Origin: an archaeon
GTDB taxonomy: Archaea; Nanobdellota; Nanobdellia; Woesearchaeales; ARS49
Direction of reading: 5' to 3'
Assembly (NCBI GenBank): GCA_020051845.1
Contig: JAGVQG010000057.1
Coordinates: 1-57,742, forward strand
Length of the DNA stretch: 57,742 nt
Positions 19,531 to 31,900 of this stretch are shown one piece after another. The notes beneath the pieces are model-generated. The model was not told the DNA's origin and searched no databases. It worked only from the letters and a program-made list of their open reading frames with translations. How positions within the stretch are numbered: the stretch's first letter is position 1; each line of letters begins with the position of its first letter. The position numbers were made by a program, and so were the translations under genes.

Positions 19531-19908
19531 TTCTATCAACCTGTCCGCCAGGTCGCCTTCACATATATCTGTGCCGCTTGTTATGCTTGTTGTGATGGAC
19601 GCAGGCAGCAGTCCTGCTTCGTACGAACAGGTCATCTCGCTGCCTTCCAGATATTCAGCCATCCTTGGCGTTGCGTTCTGTATCGAGATCATCCTTTTTC
19701 TCAGCACACATCCATTCTCGGTGATCCGCGCGCTTCCACGATCATCTATGACTGTCATACTGGCTTCTTCGCAGGCGTTCGCTTTCTTCTCGAAGCAGGC
19801 AGCGTTTGTTCCGCAATCAGTGGTCGGCCAGGACAGCCATATCGTCATCCCGACAAGCGCGATCATCAGGATTGCCGTTATTATCATCCATCTCTTTTGG
19901 GTTTCCAT
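19513..19908 (-). CDS. Membrane-anchored six-Cys protein, paralogue of 43125..43532
   Basis: TM then DCG....CF......C, C, M.C, C.G.L.D.L pattern; starts 1 nt after the giant gene stop. Confidence 0.8.
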   Translation of the reverse strand: METQKRWMIITAILMIALVGMTIWLSWPTTDCGTNAACFEKKANACEEASMTVIDDRGSARITENGCVLRKRMISIQNATPRMAEYLEGSEMTCSYEAGLLPASITTSITSGTDICEGDLADRLIELRPYS

Positions 19909-19909
19909 A

Positions 19910-22900
19910 TCAGGTTCTGCAGGCTAGTTTCGCTGCCTCGATATCTCTTAGCGCTTCTGTGATCTTTACGATGGGTTCTGTCGACCTTGTCGTCACGTCG
20001 CGTGTCAGGTCGGCGTCCTTTGGCGAAGCCTTTGACTTTGATGCGGATAGCGACGCTTTCTGCGCTTGTTCGGCTATCGTGCTCTCTTGGGCTGCGGCAG
20101 GGGGTTGTGCGTTTCCTGGTCTTTCCAGTCTCACGAATGCGAGGCTCATGTCATCGTTGTATATGCGCTTGATGCTTCCGTCTTCTATGGTCTTGTATTC
20201 GGAAAGCAATTCCGCGCTTTGGCGTCTTGCTGCGCTACCTATGAATGTGTTATCAATCCATCTTATCGCGCTATCTACCGCTGCTTTTGTCGATTCCCAA
20301 GACTTAGTGAGTATGTTGTTGGCTTTTTTTGGCAGGTATGCTTCTTCTGTGACTATCTTGTTGAACTGTTCACGCATGGCTTCGACTTCGGTGTAGTCGT
20401 TCGAGACTTTTTTGCCTAGTTCAATCATCTCTTTCGCTGAAGGCACCGCTCCCTTATCTAGTACTTCCTGCAGGCGCGCGTCGAATGACTTGAGTTTTTC
20501 TGGTAGTTGGCGTTGTATGAAGTCATTGATTTTCGCGATGTCTGATTGCGATGCGCCCGCGCGTTCCATCCTCGCTCGGACTTTTCTCGCTAGTTCTACT
20601 ATCTCAGGGGATCCTGGTTGCATCGCTTTTTCGGTGAGCGCGTTCAATTCTGATATTTTTATTTGTATTTCTGATTGTAATGTCTTCTGCACCTCTGCAG
20701 GTGTTCTCAGATCCATTGTCTTGAACATCTTTGTTCTTGTCAGGTCTGTGCTCTCAGCTATTCCGTCATTGCGCAGCACCACTGCTTCGAGTCCGTTTGT
20801 CGGTAGTTCGACGCTCTTGACATTTCCGACCACTCCTACCACAGTGCCTCCTTTTGCGGCTGATGGGTTGAATAATAGTTTTCCGTTCACTCTGCTTATC
20901 GTGCTGATGTCGTATCCGAACATGTGCGCTGTCGCGCTCTGGCTGTTCACGTCAAGCACGACTCCGCTCATGAAATGTCCTGGTAGGCTCTTCATGTTCG
21001 CTTTTGAGACGATTGTTGCCATCTGTTTCAACAATTCATTGCGGCCCATCACTGGTGATAGTGCAATCTCCAATTCCGCGTATGTCGCGCTTGTTATTGG
21101 CTTGCCGAGCGTGTTCTCTACAGTGGTTCTCTTCTGCGCTTCGAGTTTGAGCGCTAGGTCCTGCAGCGCGTATCTGCGCATCCTTGAGGTGTAGGCTCTT
21201 AGCGCAGCCGCTTCTGTGCCGTGGTTCTTCTGGTCGCTGAACTCAAAACTGATGGTGTCCTGTCCATTCACGTCTTTGAATGTCCTTGCGCTTACAGTGT
21301 CGCCTCCGAATGTCTGCAGTTGTTGCAGCCACAGGCCCACGTCTTTGACTCCGATGGCTTTTGCCACTGCTTGCACGTCGGCAGGGAGGTCCTCTAACCG
21401 TGATGCTTCCATGCTCTTGGCTTGCGCGAGCTCTTCATAGGTTATCCTTCCGCCAGGCAGTGTCGCCGGGTCTTTCTTTGTGGCTTCTGTGACGAGTGAG
21501 TTCGCGAAGTCGGATACTGCCCTCTTTGCTATTTCGACACTTGTCTGCACAGCTGAATCTTGTGTGGTGGAGAATGTCTCTATGTGTCTTGTTAGCGCCT
21601 CCACCATTATGTCTGCTTCTACCAGTTCAGGTTCACCTCGCAGTTTCTCGAGCCTCTTCACTGCGTCATTGAGGGTCAATGTCTTTCTTTGGCCCCCGAT
21701 GACGATGTTTATCTCTTCGGTCTCTTTTGCCGCGGGTACTAGTGTCTCTCTTATGAACACGGTGGGTGTCCTTGTCTCTTCGCCCATTATGGTCTCAAGA
21801 CGCATCTGAACCTGCTCTGTGAGAAGTGCGGATTTGGTGTGGTCTTGCGCGGTGTAATCCGTAGACTCTATCCTTGTCTGCAGTTCTTGCAGTATGCCTT
21901 GCTTTCCTTGCAGCACTTCTTCTCTTGTGGTGATTCGCAGTTCGTTGACTATGTTTCGTATCGCGGCTTTTTGTTGTTCTCCGCGCAGTGCGGTCGTCGC
22001 ATGTAGCGCGTCAGGTGCTGTGAGTGGGTTGTTCACCCATTCCGCAATCCGTTGTCGGGTTATGATCTCTGTCGCCGCGAGAACCGCGCGTTCGTACGCG
22101 TTGCCCGAGACGAATTCCCTTGTCGCGGCCGTGTTCTCGACGACGGTTTTCTCGATTCCGGCTGGGAATGCCTGTCTTTGCGCAGCAGCTATCACGTCTT
22201 GCGGTGTGTTTGGTGAGTTTTCGTATAGTTCGGGATTTGTCGCTCGTTCCAGCTCCTGCCTGACTCTCCACGCCTCGCGCAGCACAGTCCGGTCTGTCGG
22301 GGGTATTGTCGATATGAAGTCGGCCTCTGCCAACAAGCCTATCTCATGCGCTCGTGTGGGTGAGAAGCCGTGGTTTAGCGCGGCCGCTTCAGATAGTTCG
22401 TGCGTCAGTATCATCTTTTCCAGTTGTGCTTTCTGGGCAGGGTTTGCCGCTACCCTGTCTGTTATCATCGTGGTGAACGCGTCGATGTTCTCCCTGATTA
22501 TGACTACTTCGTAGATCGGCCTTCCCGTGATCGTGTTTATCCCGATCTCCCTTCTTGTCGCGGGGTCTAGTACAGGGTCGCCGGCAGTTCTTGTGGATTG
22601 GACGCTGATCTTAACTTCTGCCGCTATCGCAGGATCTTGCAGTCCACGCACTGGCAGTTTAGGTAGTTCGATTGTGTTGACCGCGGATAGGACTTTCGGG
22701 ATCACTTCAGATGCTTCTTTGTTTGTCTCTGCTGTTGATTCGACGCTTTCCTTGCCGACTGCGCGTTCGATGACTTCCAACGATCCCAAGTATGCTCCTT
22801 TGTTGCCGTATTCGGCGCTGATGAATTCTTTGCTTCCGATCTTGAGGCCTTGTAGCTGGCTGGGTTTGAGGTTGACCTCTTTTGTTGGTTGTATATTTTG

Positions 22901-25900
22901 GCTGCCTACTTCGATGGAGTTCGTGCCGACGTTCTTTATCTTGACCAGTCCATTTTGGAATACTATCTCAAGCTGGTCCCTTGAGATTTTTAGCTGTCCT
23001 TCGTTGGCGATTTGTAGTCGTTTAGGATCCCCTGCTTCAGACCGCCTTCCAAGTATTATCTTTTCTCCTTCATTGAGTGATAGTTGTTTTCCATCGTTCA
23101 CACGTATCACGACGCCGCCTTTTGGCTTGGCGGCTGGCGCGGATATCTCGGCGCCCAGGGATATCACGACATTCTTTGCGAATCCTATCTGTGTGTCTGT
23201 GGTTAGTGGTGCTGCTTTGAATCCGATGTTCTGTCCATTAACGCGGACTCCGTTCTTGCTGCCTATGTCTTGGATCATAACAACGCCGTTCTCTATGAAT
23301 ACCTCTGCGTGTCTTCCCGAGACTGTCATGTCACCTATGATGAAGTTGTTCGGATTTTCGGTCTCTAGTGCTTTGTCACGTCCTATGACTAGCCTTTCCC
23401 CGGGCCTTAGGATGACTGTCTTTCCTGCGATGGTTATCTTTCGCGCGGTTTCAACTGCGGGGCCAGCGACTATCTGCACTGGTGGTTCGGCGACAGCGGG
23501 CTGTGCAGCGGGTCCTCCGAATATGTTTCCTATCGGCAGTTCTTTCACTTCGACAATCGTCTTCTCTCCTCCTTCTCTCGGGGTCACTTCGATTCGGTCA
23601 GCGACGACCCTGTTCTGGCCGTCGGTTTCCACTATCCTGACGATCTTATTGTTGCCGATTATTCTCTCATCTCCAAGCACGGTCTTGGTTTTTACCGGGC
23701 CTTCTTGTACGATGTTCATCCTTTCAAGGCGTTGGAAGCCGTACATGTCTCCGAAACCTTCGATCTTTCCTTCGTATGTCTTTATCCAGACTATTCCGTC
23801 TAAGTCGACTGCCACGGAATCGAATCTCTTGCCTTGCTTGAGTCCGGAATCAAGTGATTGTGCGAGTCTGTCTTTTGCTGTGAGCGGCACCTTGACCGCA
23901 GGAACCACTGATTCGGGTGCGGCGGGTTTTTGAGCTTTTGATTCTGCCAGTTCGATGGTTTTTGGTATGTCTCCTTGTCCTGTGATGAACTCATCATAGG
24001 TGACTATTCTTCTTGAGATTGAGTCGGCGTTCGGTTTGTCTATCAATCCGGCTGTCTGCGCTTTGTTGAGCATCTCGCGCAGCGCGATTCTGTCTATTGC
24101 TTCGGGTACGACGTATGCTTTGTGGTTTGCAATATCAGATGGATTTCCCTTCACAGGGTTTGTGTCGACAACAATGTAGAATGGGCCGTGCGGACCTGCG
24201 GTTGTTGTTGTATCGCCATTCGCAAGTTGACCGAATTGTCCCTGTATGATTTCTCCTTCAATCATTATTCTAATGATATTGCTTAGACCGCCTTTTTCGA
24301 TTTCTGTTCCCTGGGCCCATAGATTTTTGTCTGCCCCAATGTCCAATACTTCTAGTCGCTGTTTCTCTAGCTTGTCGGAATTTTTTCTATCGGTTATCTT
24401 TTGATTGACTTCTGGGTTGTTCTTCACTGCATCTGAGAATGCCTTTTGTTCGTAAATGAATAAGTATGCGTCAAGGGTTTTCTTAGCGCCAGCGCTTAGT
24501 TGTGATTGGACTTGTGCTCTTATTTCAGGGGCAAGATTAGAGTATATGATGTGTCCCATTATGCCTTTTGATTCAATCATATTTACTACGTTCTGGAGTG
24601 TGTATTCCTGGTCTAAATCTCTCGCGATTATCTCGTTCTGGGCGACTGGCAATTTCACTGCGGGTGCTGGTGTCTGTGCCGCGGGTTTTGGCGATTGTTG
24701 TGCGATATCTTGCGCTGTTTGTATGGTCTCTCTATCTATTATGGCCAGTCGTGTGTTCTGTTTTCCGAACAATTGTGCAAGTCTTGTGCTTCCAAAGCTT
24801 GTCGCGTCGCGTTCGAAGTACAGATTATCTCCTTCGTATCGCATCGTTATGTCTGTGTTGGCTATTCTTCTTGTGTATCCTAATCCTGAAACAAGGTAGT
24901 ACGTGTCAGTTCCTCCTTCGCGTGCGATGTCGACCTTTGCGACTGTGTCTACTGCTGATTCGAACATCGTTATTGATTTTACTCCTTCGCCTGCGGGTAA
25001 TCGTATCTGGTTGGCAAGTTCTTTGTTGACTGTGTCGATTGTCGTCCTGACTTTTGTAGTGGGTGCGGCGGGTGTCACGACTGGTTGCGGTCTTGGTTGT
25101 GCTTCAGGTTGTGCAATAGGCTCGGGCACGACTGGTTTTGCTTCTACTGGTGCAGGTTTTGCGGTGGCTGGCGCTTCGGGTTTAACGACAGGTTCAGGCA
25201 CTTTCACGACTGGTGCGGGCGTTACTGATTCTGGCGGCGTTATTGCGGGTTTCTCGGCTACGGGTTTCGCAATCGCTTCAGCCGCTGCTCTCGCTTTTGT
25301 CAGGTCGATCGGAGTGCCGACTTTATTGCCGCGGTCGCTGCTTCTTAGGGAGCTCAGCTCGACCCAGTCTGATGGTGTGTATTTGACAAGCTGGTTTATT
25401 CCTGTGTAGATTCGTTTCAATGGGACTAGGTTCAGGAAGGCTAATGGAGTGAGCATCCCTGTTGCAGTCACTGTTGCAGCGGTTATGGCTATGTCTGTCG
25501 GTATTCCTAGTTTTGTCAAGTATCTAGGATAGAATGGCATTATTTGCGCTTGTGTTGATTGACCTATGATCTCTCCGTTTTCATCTTTTATGTTCACCTT
25601 TTCTACCCTTAGCACCTTTCCGTCCGAGAGTCTCATCACGTCTCCGACAGCCATCGTGCGTTGGGTTTCTATGCTCTTTCCGAGCAATCCTAGGCTGAAT
25701 ATCCTTGGCAGTATTCCTCTGGGTTGGGTTGTCTTGACTAGCAATGTTCCTTGGTCTGTCGTTCTTAGGGATACTGTCACAGGGGTGGTGATTGTTCCTT
25801 TGCTGTCTTTGATATGCATTGACTCTTGCATTTTGCTGCCGAATATGCCGCCCTCGACAGTGCTTGTTGGTTTCACGACTGCATCGTTTAATTGGAGTTT

Positions 25901-28900
25901 TCCGTCCACAACGCTCAGTGTGCGTCCGTTCTCTAGGGTGTATACTCTGTTGGTGTCGAGTGTTAAGGTTTTGGACGTCCTTGATCCTAGCAGGCTACTC
26001 TGTTCAAGCTGCACGATTGTTTCACCTGTTGGAAGAACGGTGATATCTGTGATGCTTGTGCGTGGTGGTAGGTACTGTCGTAGGTTTGCGGCTTCTTCTG
26101 CTGTCGGTGTGACTTTGTTCGTAGTCTCGGGCGCAACGGGCGCTTGTTGCGCAGGTGCTACAGGTTTGCCCGTTTCTATAGGTGCGGCTTGCGGAGCCGC
26201 TGGCGCGCCTGCTTTTGTGGCTTCAATGAATGTTTGTGCGAGTACTGATTCGTCGACTTTGCCATTGGTCGTTGATTGTCCGACCATATTTGCATATTCT
26301 TGTGATGTCGGTATCTTGTTGTTGAGGGCTTCAGATAGGGTGAGTTTGCCTTCCATCACACCCTGGAGCGCTGTGCTGAGCCTGTCATTGTCGACTTTTC
26401 CGTTCTCAGTGAATCTCTCACGCAGTTTCACGAGGTTGTCGCCTGCGAATATTTCCTTTAGATTCAATTCAAGGTTGCGCTGTATCGATGGGCCTTTTGG
26501 ATCGAAGCCGCTCTTATCTAGATATTTGTAAAGGCCCATCTCGGTCATCATTCTGTCTGCTATCTCTGGATGCAGGGTGTCTGTTGCCAACTTCAGGAGC
26601 TGTTTGACAGTCACTGCGCGATCTGTCGGGAAAGTTGATCCGATCCTATCGAGGTCTTTGTTTCCTTTTATCGCATCCATAGCTGCTTTGTAGTCTGCTT
26701 CTACTGGTTTGTATCCCTCGATTGTTGTCACGCTACGGACGAATCTTAGTGGGAACTCGTGGCGCTGCGGCAGGTTTGTTTCAGGTATCACGAACCTGTT
26801 CTGTTGGGCATCGCTCACGAAAGAATCAGGTGTTGATATTCGTCCATCTGAACCGATGAGGTTCCTTGTCCTTGACAGTCCTTGTATGAATGCGATGTCT
26901 GGTGAATACTTGCCATCGACAGCTACTACGTCGAGGCGCACGCCAGATCCGCCCGCGTCGAGGATCATCTGCATGTTGGCTAGAAGTTTTTCTTGTTGTG
27001 GTCCGAGATTCCTTCCTAGCCGTGCCTGCTCGGCCAGCATCTGTTTGGCGCTTTCGGTGAGAGGCGCGTCTTGCAGCTTCACTACTGCGAGCGCCGCCTC
27101 GCTCGGTATGCCTATGTCCAGATCGCGGCCTTCGCCTGCTGTCGGTTTGGCTCCGCGCAAAGCTTTCTCTGCGTTGCCTCCTGCTATCTGTACGTTTATG
27201 CCTAGTTTGTTGGCGTAGTCAAAGACGCTCGATACTGCTTCGTCGACTTTTATCGTGACTGCTCTTCCGCTTTCGGATACTATGGATTGTTCGTTCCTTG
27301 TCTGTTCAGTGAATGGCTTTGCAGGTAGTGATAGTGCTTCTGCTTGTGCAGGCGCTTCTCTGCGTACCTGGGCTGTTGTGTCATCGAACATGATTTTTTC
27401 TGTTATTACGCTTCCATCTGCGTTTCGCAGGTATGACCCGTCTGTGTTCCTCAATCTTACATTAATCCCTGTGGCATCGACGCTTATGAACTCTGCTTGT
27501 TGAGCATCCTTTCCTTGGCGTCGGACTTCGAGCGCGCTGCCTTCGGTCATTTCTCTTGCGGCGATACGTAATGCCTCTCCGGATCGGGGTTCACCGAATA
27601 GAGGCACTATCTTTGGAGGTGCGGGTGTTACTTCGACGGGTGTTGGTCGTACTGCAGGTTGCGCGACTGCAGGTGTTGCTGGAGCGGCGGGTACTGCTGC
27701 GGGTTGAGCGGCTGCTTCTACTGCTTTGGCTGATTCTGCCAGGTTGCTTCTCACTATCGCTTGCGCCGCGAGGTTCTCGCCGACGATGCTTGCGACGGTA
27801 GCGACTTGGGCCTGACCCGCGCTTTGCACGTAGTCGAATGCTGCTTTCTTTACTTCTGCGCTGTCGCGGCTTATCTCTAGACGGAGTTCGTTCATAAGTT
27901 CTGCCGGCAGAGTCTCTCCTGCCGCGAGCCGTCTCGCGACCTCTGCGTTCACTCCAGCATCACGGAATGGTTTGCCTCCTGCAAGTACTTGGGCAAATCT
28001 GTTGTTGAGTTCCTGCTCGACCATCGCGCGTTTGTAGAGTTCATACTTCTGGACCTGTTCAGTGGTCATGGTCTTGATTTTGAGATCAGTGGGTGGAGTG
28101 TTACTCTGCTGTTCCTGGTATTCTTGTTGTGCTTTCACGAATTCAGGGTCGCCAGTGAAACGGATGAGCTCTGCGGTTGCGGGCTTCGCTGTCTCAGATC
28201 TTGCTTTTGTTGTCGCGTCCTGTAGTATCTGCGCGGCGGTTTCTGCCCTTGCGTATGGCTCGAGATTTACGTCTCCGTTATTCTTGATAGACGCCACTAC
28301 TGCGTTGGCGACCTGTTGAGCGTCTGCTGCGCTCTCGGCGTCAAGCGGGGTTGCCGAGGCTGCTGCTTGCTGTCTCTGTAGTTCTTGTACGAGCGGCGCT
28401 ATCTTGGATTGGTCGTTTATTCCCTCCTTCTGCTGTCTTTCGACTTCTTTGGCGAGTTTTCCGAGGGCTTCGTAATATGTCTTGGTTCGGCTCAGCGCGC
28501 CTCCCTCGGCGTTTGCCATAGATTCAGAAAATGATCCCAATGCCGCGGTCAAATCAGAGGCTGCTTTCTCTCTTATGGTTTTTGCTGCTTCAGGCAGTAG
28601 TGTCGCTTTGTTCGTCTCTATGAATTGTGCCGCGTGTATCGCATTCTGCGCTTTTGGTATCACTTCGCTTACTGCTCGGTCTATGACGCCGCCTGTTTCT
28701 GCTATTGAGCGAACCATTGACTCGGCAGTGCCTGTGGTGATCATTCCGAGCCGCCGTTGCTGGTCAACGACTTCAATGGCTGCTTGGGTGTGTTTTAGGT
28801 TCGCTAGCTTGAACGCTGTTGCGTCCAGGCCGGGTGATTTCATTCCTGCCTTGACCTCTTCAGGTGTAAGCACGCCCGTCGCTTTTGCGCGTTCAGCAGC

Positions 28901-31900
28901 GGCTTCGTTCATTCGTTGCACGGCAGAGATGAGATTATCATTACCTTGGACTTTGTCAAGGGCGGCATTGATGGTTTTCTGCGTCTTACCTTCACCGACC
29001 ACTTCAGCCAATACATTTGCTCTTGCTTTGGTCTCCGCAGCCGCGTATTGTGCGTTTATCTCGGATTCCGCTTGGTTCTTGGTTCCTGCAGTAAGTGATC
29101 CTAGTTTCTTTATCGCGGCGTCTCTTTGAGCGGTCAAAGGTTCGAGCGCATCCTTCACCTTTGCTTCGTACGCAATTTTTTGTGGTTCTGCTAGTCTTCT
29201 TTCCACGGCCTGCGTCGCGAATGTGGCGTCCTGCAACGCGGTCGCTCTTTCTTGTGATGCTCGTTGTGTGATCTCAGGAACGGTCCTACCCAGGATTCTT
29301 CCGGTGGTGCGCGCTGCTGCTGCTTCCATTCCACGCGTGCCGATGGCGAAGGTTACGCCGCCGACCAGGGCATGTCCTGCTATGCTTTCTATGTCGATCT
29401 TTTCTCCTTTCAACCACGCAGAAGTTACTTCTGGAACGACCGCGGGCACTAGCATTGCTGTTTGTGTTATTGCCTCTTTTCCTACGAACTCCGCGAGCTT
29501 ACCGATGGTCTGGCCGCTGTTTAGGGAACCTTGCACGAATGAACGCACGCCATTACCGAAACTCGCCGCCGCGCTGTGCGATATCGATCCTGCACCGAAG
29601 AAGGCAAGTGACGTCGAGTACGCGTTTGCGGCGGCTATGCTCGTGCCCAGGACTCCGCGCTCGCTCAGCGTAGTTATTCCAAGATTGTCCTTCCAGGATT
29701 GTGCGTTTGTGATCTTGCCGTTGTAGGCCATGTCCATCGTGTTTATGGCAAGTCCGCCGCCGTATTGTGCGGCTTGATTCACTCCTTCGAAGATGGCCGT
29801 TCTGGCCAAGAATTGCACGGCAGGTCTTGCGCCAGCCCGCACTCCTGTGGAAAGCCAATTGATTGCTTGTACTGCTTTGGCCCCTCCCATGACGGATGTT
29901 CCAAGTCCCATGGTCGCCAGACTGAGTACTAAAGTTTGGTCTCCTAGATATGTGTCCATCCAATTTTCCTTTAGTCCATATTCGATGTTTGCATCGACGT
30001 GGACAGCCGCGTTCTTGATGTATTCCCGGTTTATGCTGAGCGTTCCAGCTTTTTTGTCTTCAGTGATGACGCCTTGTTTGATGGCATTCTGCTTGAGTCC
30101 TTCATCGAGATTGTTGATGCCTTGTGCCGCGACAAGGCTCATGACGAGACCGCGCGCAACGTTCGTTTTCGCCGTTGCCAGGGAGCTGTCGGTGTACTCG
30201 TTGAAATTTCCATTGACTGCTTGTGTTACGAGTCTGTTGCTCTTTGAGAGGTATGATCCTTCGAGGCGGTGTTCGACAAGATATCTGGCGTAGTTGCCCT
30301 CAAGGTCTGTGGCTGCCGCGCCTGCGTTGAGCGCCATGATGTCGTTCGTGTTTCTGTTGCCTATTATCGAGTCGAGTTGTTTCTTGTAAGCTGCGACTGA
30401 ATTCACGTAGTTTTCTTGCGGCATGGTTTTCTGCTGGGTTTGCAGTCTGTCCATGCCGGTCTTTATCTCAGCCAGAATTTTACTTTGTTGGACGAACGCG
30501 AAATCCGAATCCCTTGTGGTCGTTGTGCCGTCGCTCAGGTATGCGTTCATTAGATCCTGCCCCGATCGTGCGGTCGCCATTCTTTTTCCTGTGAGCTCGT
30601 TGAGGGATTTGACGTCGTTGTCGTTTTGAAGCGCTTTTGTCATTGCTTTTGCGGCGTCATCATAGCGTGTTCCCTTGTCCATGAGGTCGCGCATGCCTTT
30701 CGCGATATTTTCATCTATGCTTGTCTCTAATTGTTGTTTGATCTCGACTTGCGCCCTGTTGAACGCGTAATCCTGCAGGTTCGTGCCTGCCATGTTCTGT
30801 GACTGCATCGAGAAGCTCGGGTGTTTCTGCACGAACTGTGCCATCTGAGATTCGAGAAGCTCGCCTGTCGCTCCGTTCTTTATGGCGCGGTAGCTCTCCA
30901 TGTTTGCGGCTTTCTTGAAGTCGGTCTCAAGAACCTGGTCTGCGGCGTTGCGGACTGTCGCTACCCACTCTTGTGTGTGTTGGTTGTCATAATCTGATTT
31001 CAGTGCCGTTCCGTACTTCCTCTGGTTGTAGGCTTGGTCTTGTGCGAAAGCGAGCGCGAGTGAGGGGTCTCCGTTCATGATGATCTTGGCGCGCAAGGCC
31101 ATCAATTGCATGTCTTTGCTGTTCTCGGCTTGTTTGTCGACGTAGTCTTTTGTTGACATGCTTGGCGCTTGGTCGACCCAGGTCTTCAGTCGTGAATCCG
31201 TGTCAATCATTAGTGCGGAGAAGCTCGAGACTATTGCTCGTTTGTTCTCAGTCTTTACAGTGTCGAGATCATTGACTGCTGTCTTGATTAGGTCTGGTAC
31301 GTTGGCATTCTGGCCAAGTTTTCCTCGTTCTGCCAAGGATAGACCACTGAGCAGCCTGATTCGTTCCTCCTGCGCCCGTATGTCCAGATTGTCAGAACCC
31401 TTCCTGCCTTGTATGTCAGCGAGTGCGGTGGTTGTGGCTTTGACTATGTTCTCTTGGTTTGTGATTTGCTGCTCTAGGGTCTTTTGGTAATCTGTGAATT
31501 GTCCAGAATCAGCTTTGAGCTTGTCTATTCGTTCACTCAGGAATATCTTCTCGTTGGCGTCTGTTGTTCTGCTTAGTCTGTCCTGCAAGGTCTTGATTCT
31601 TGTGTCGATTGCTTCGTTCCCAGTCTGGATCGCGTACTTTGCGCTTTTCAGAAGGTCTTGCTGTCCTGCCCTTATTTTGAGGAGCCTGTCAAGTTCGGTC
31701 GCAGTGGTGCTTGGCCGGCCCAGGCCAATTCTTGTGGCTTCGACCTGGTTGTATTGCGCTTCGGCCATCTTGTCCTTGCGTCCGGCCAGTGCGACATTGT
31801 CGATTGATAGCGACCGCAGGTCGCTTATCTGTTCCAGAAGATCGATGCTTTCGGGTTTGACTCCTTGTCGTGTCAGGAATGATTTGTCGTTTTCAGTCAG

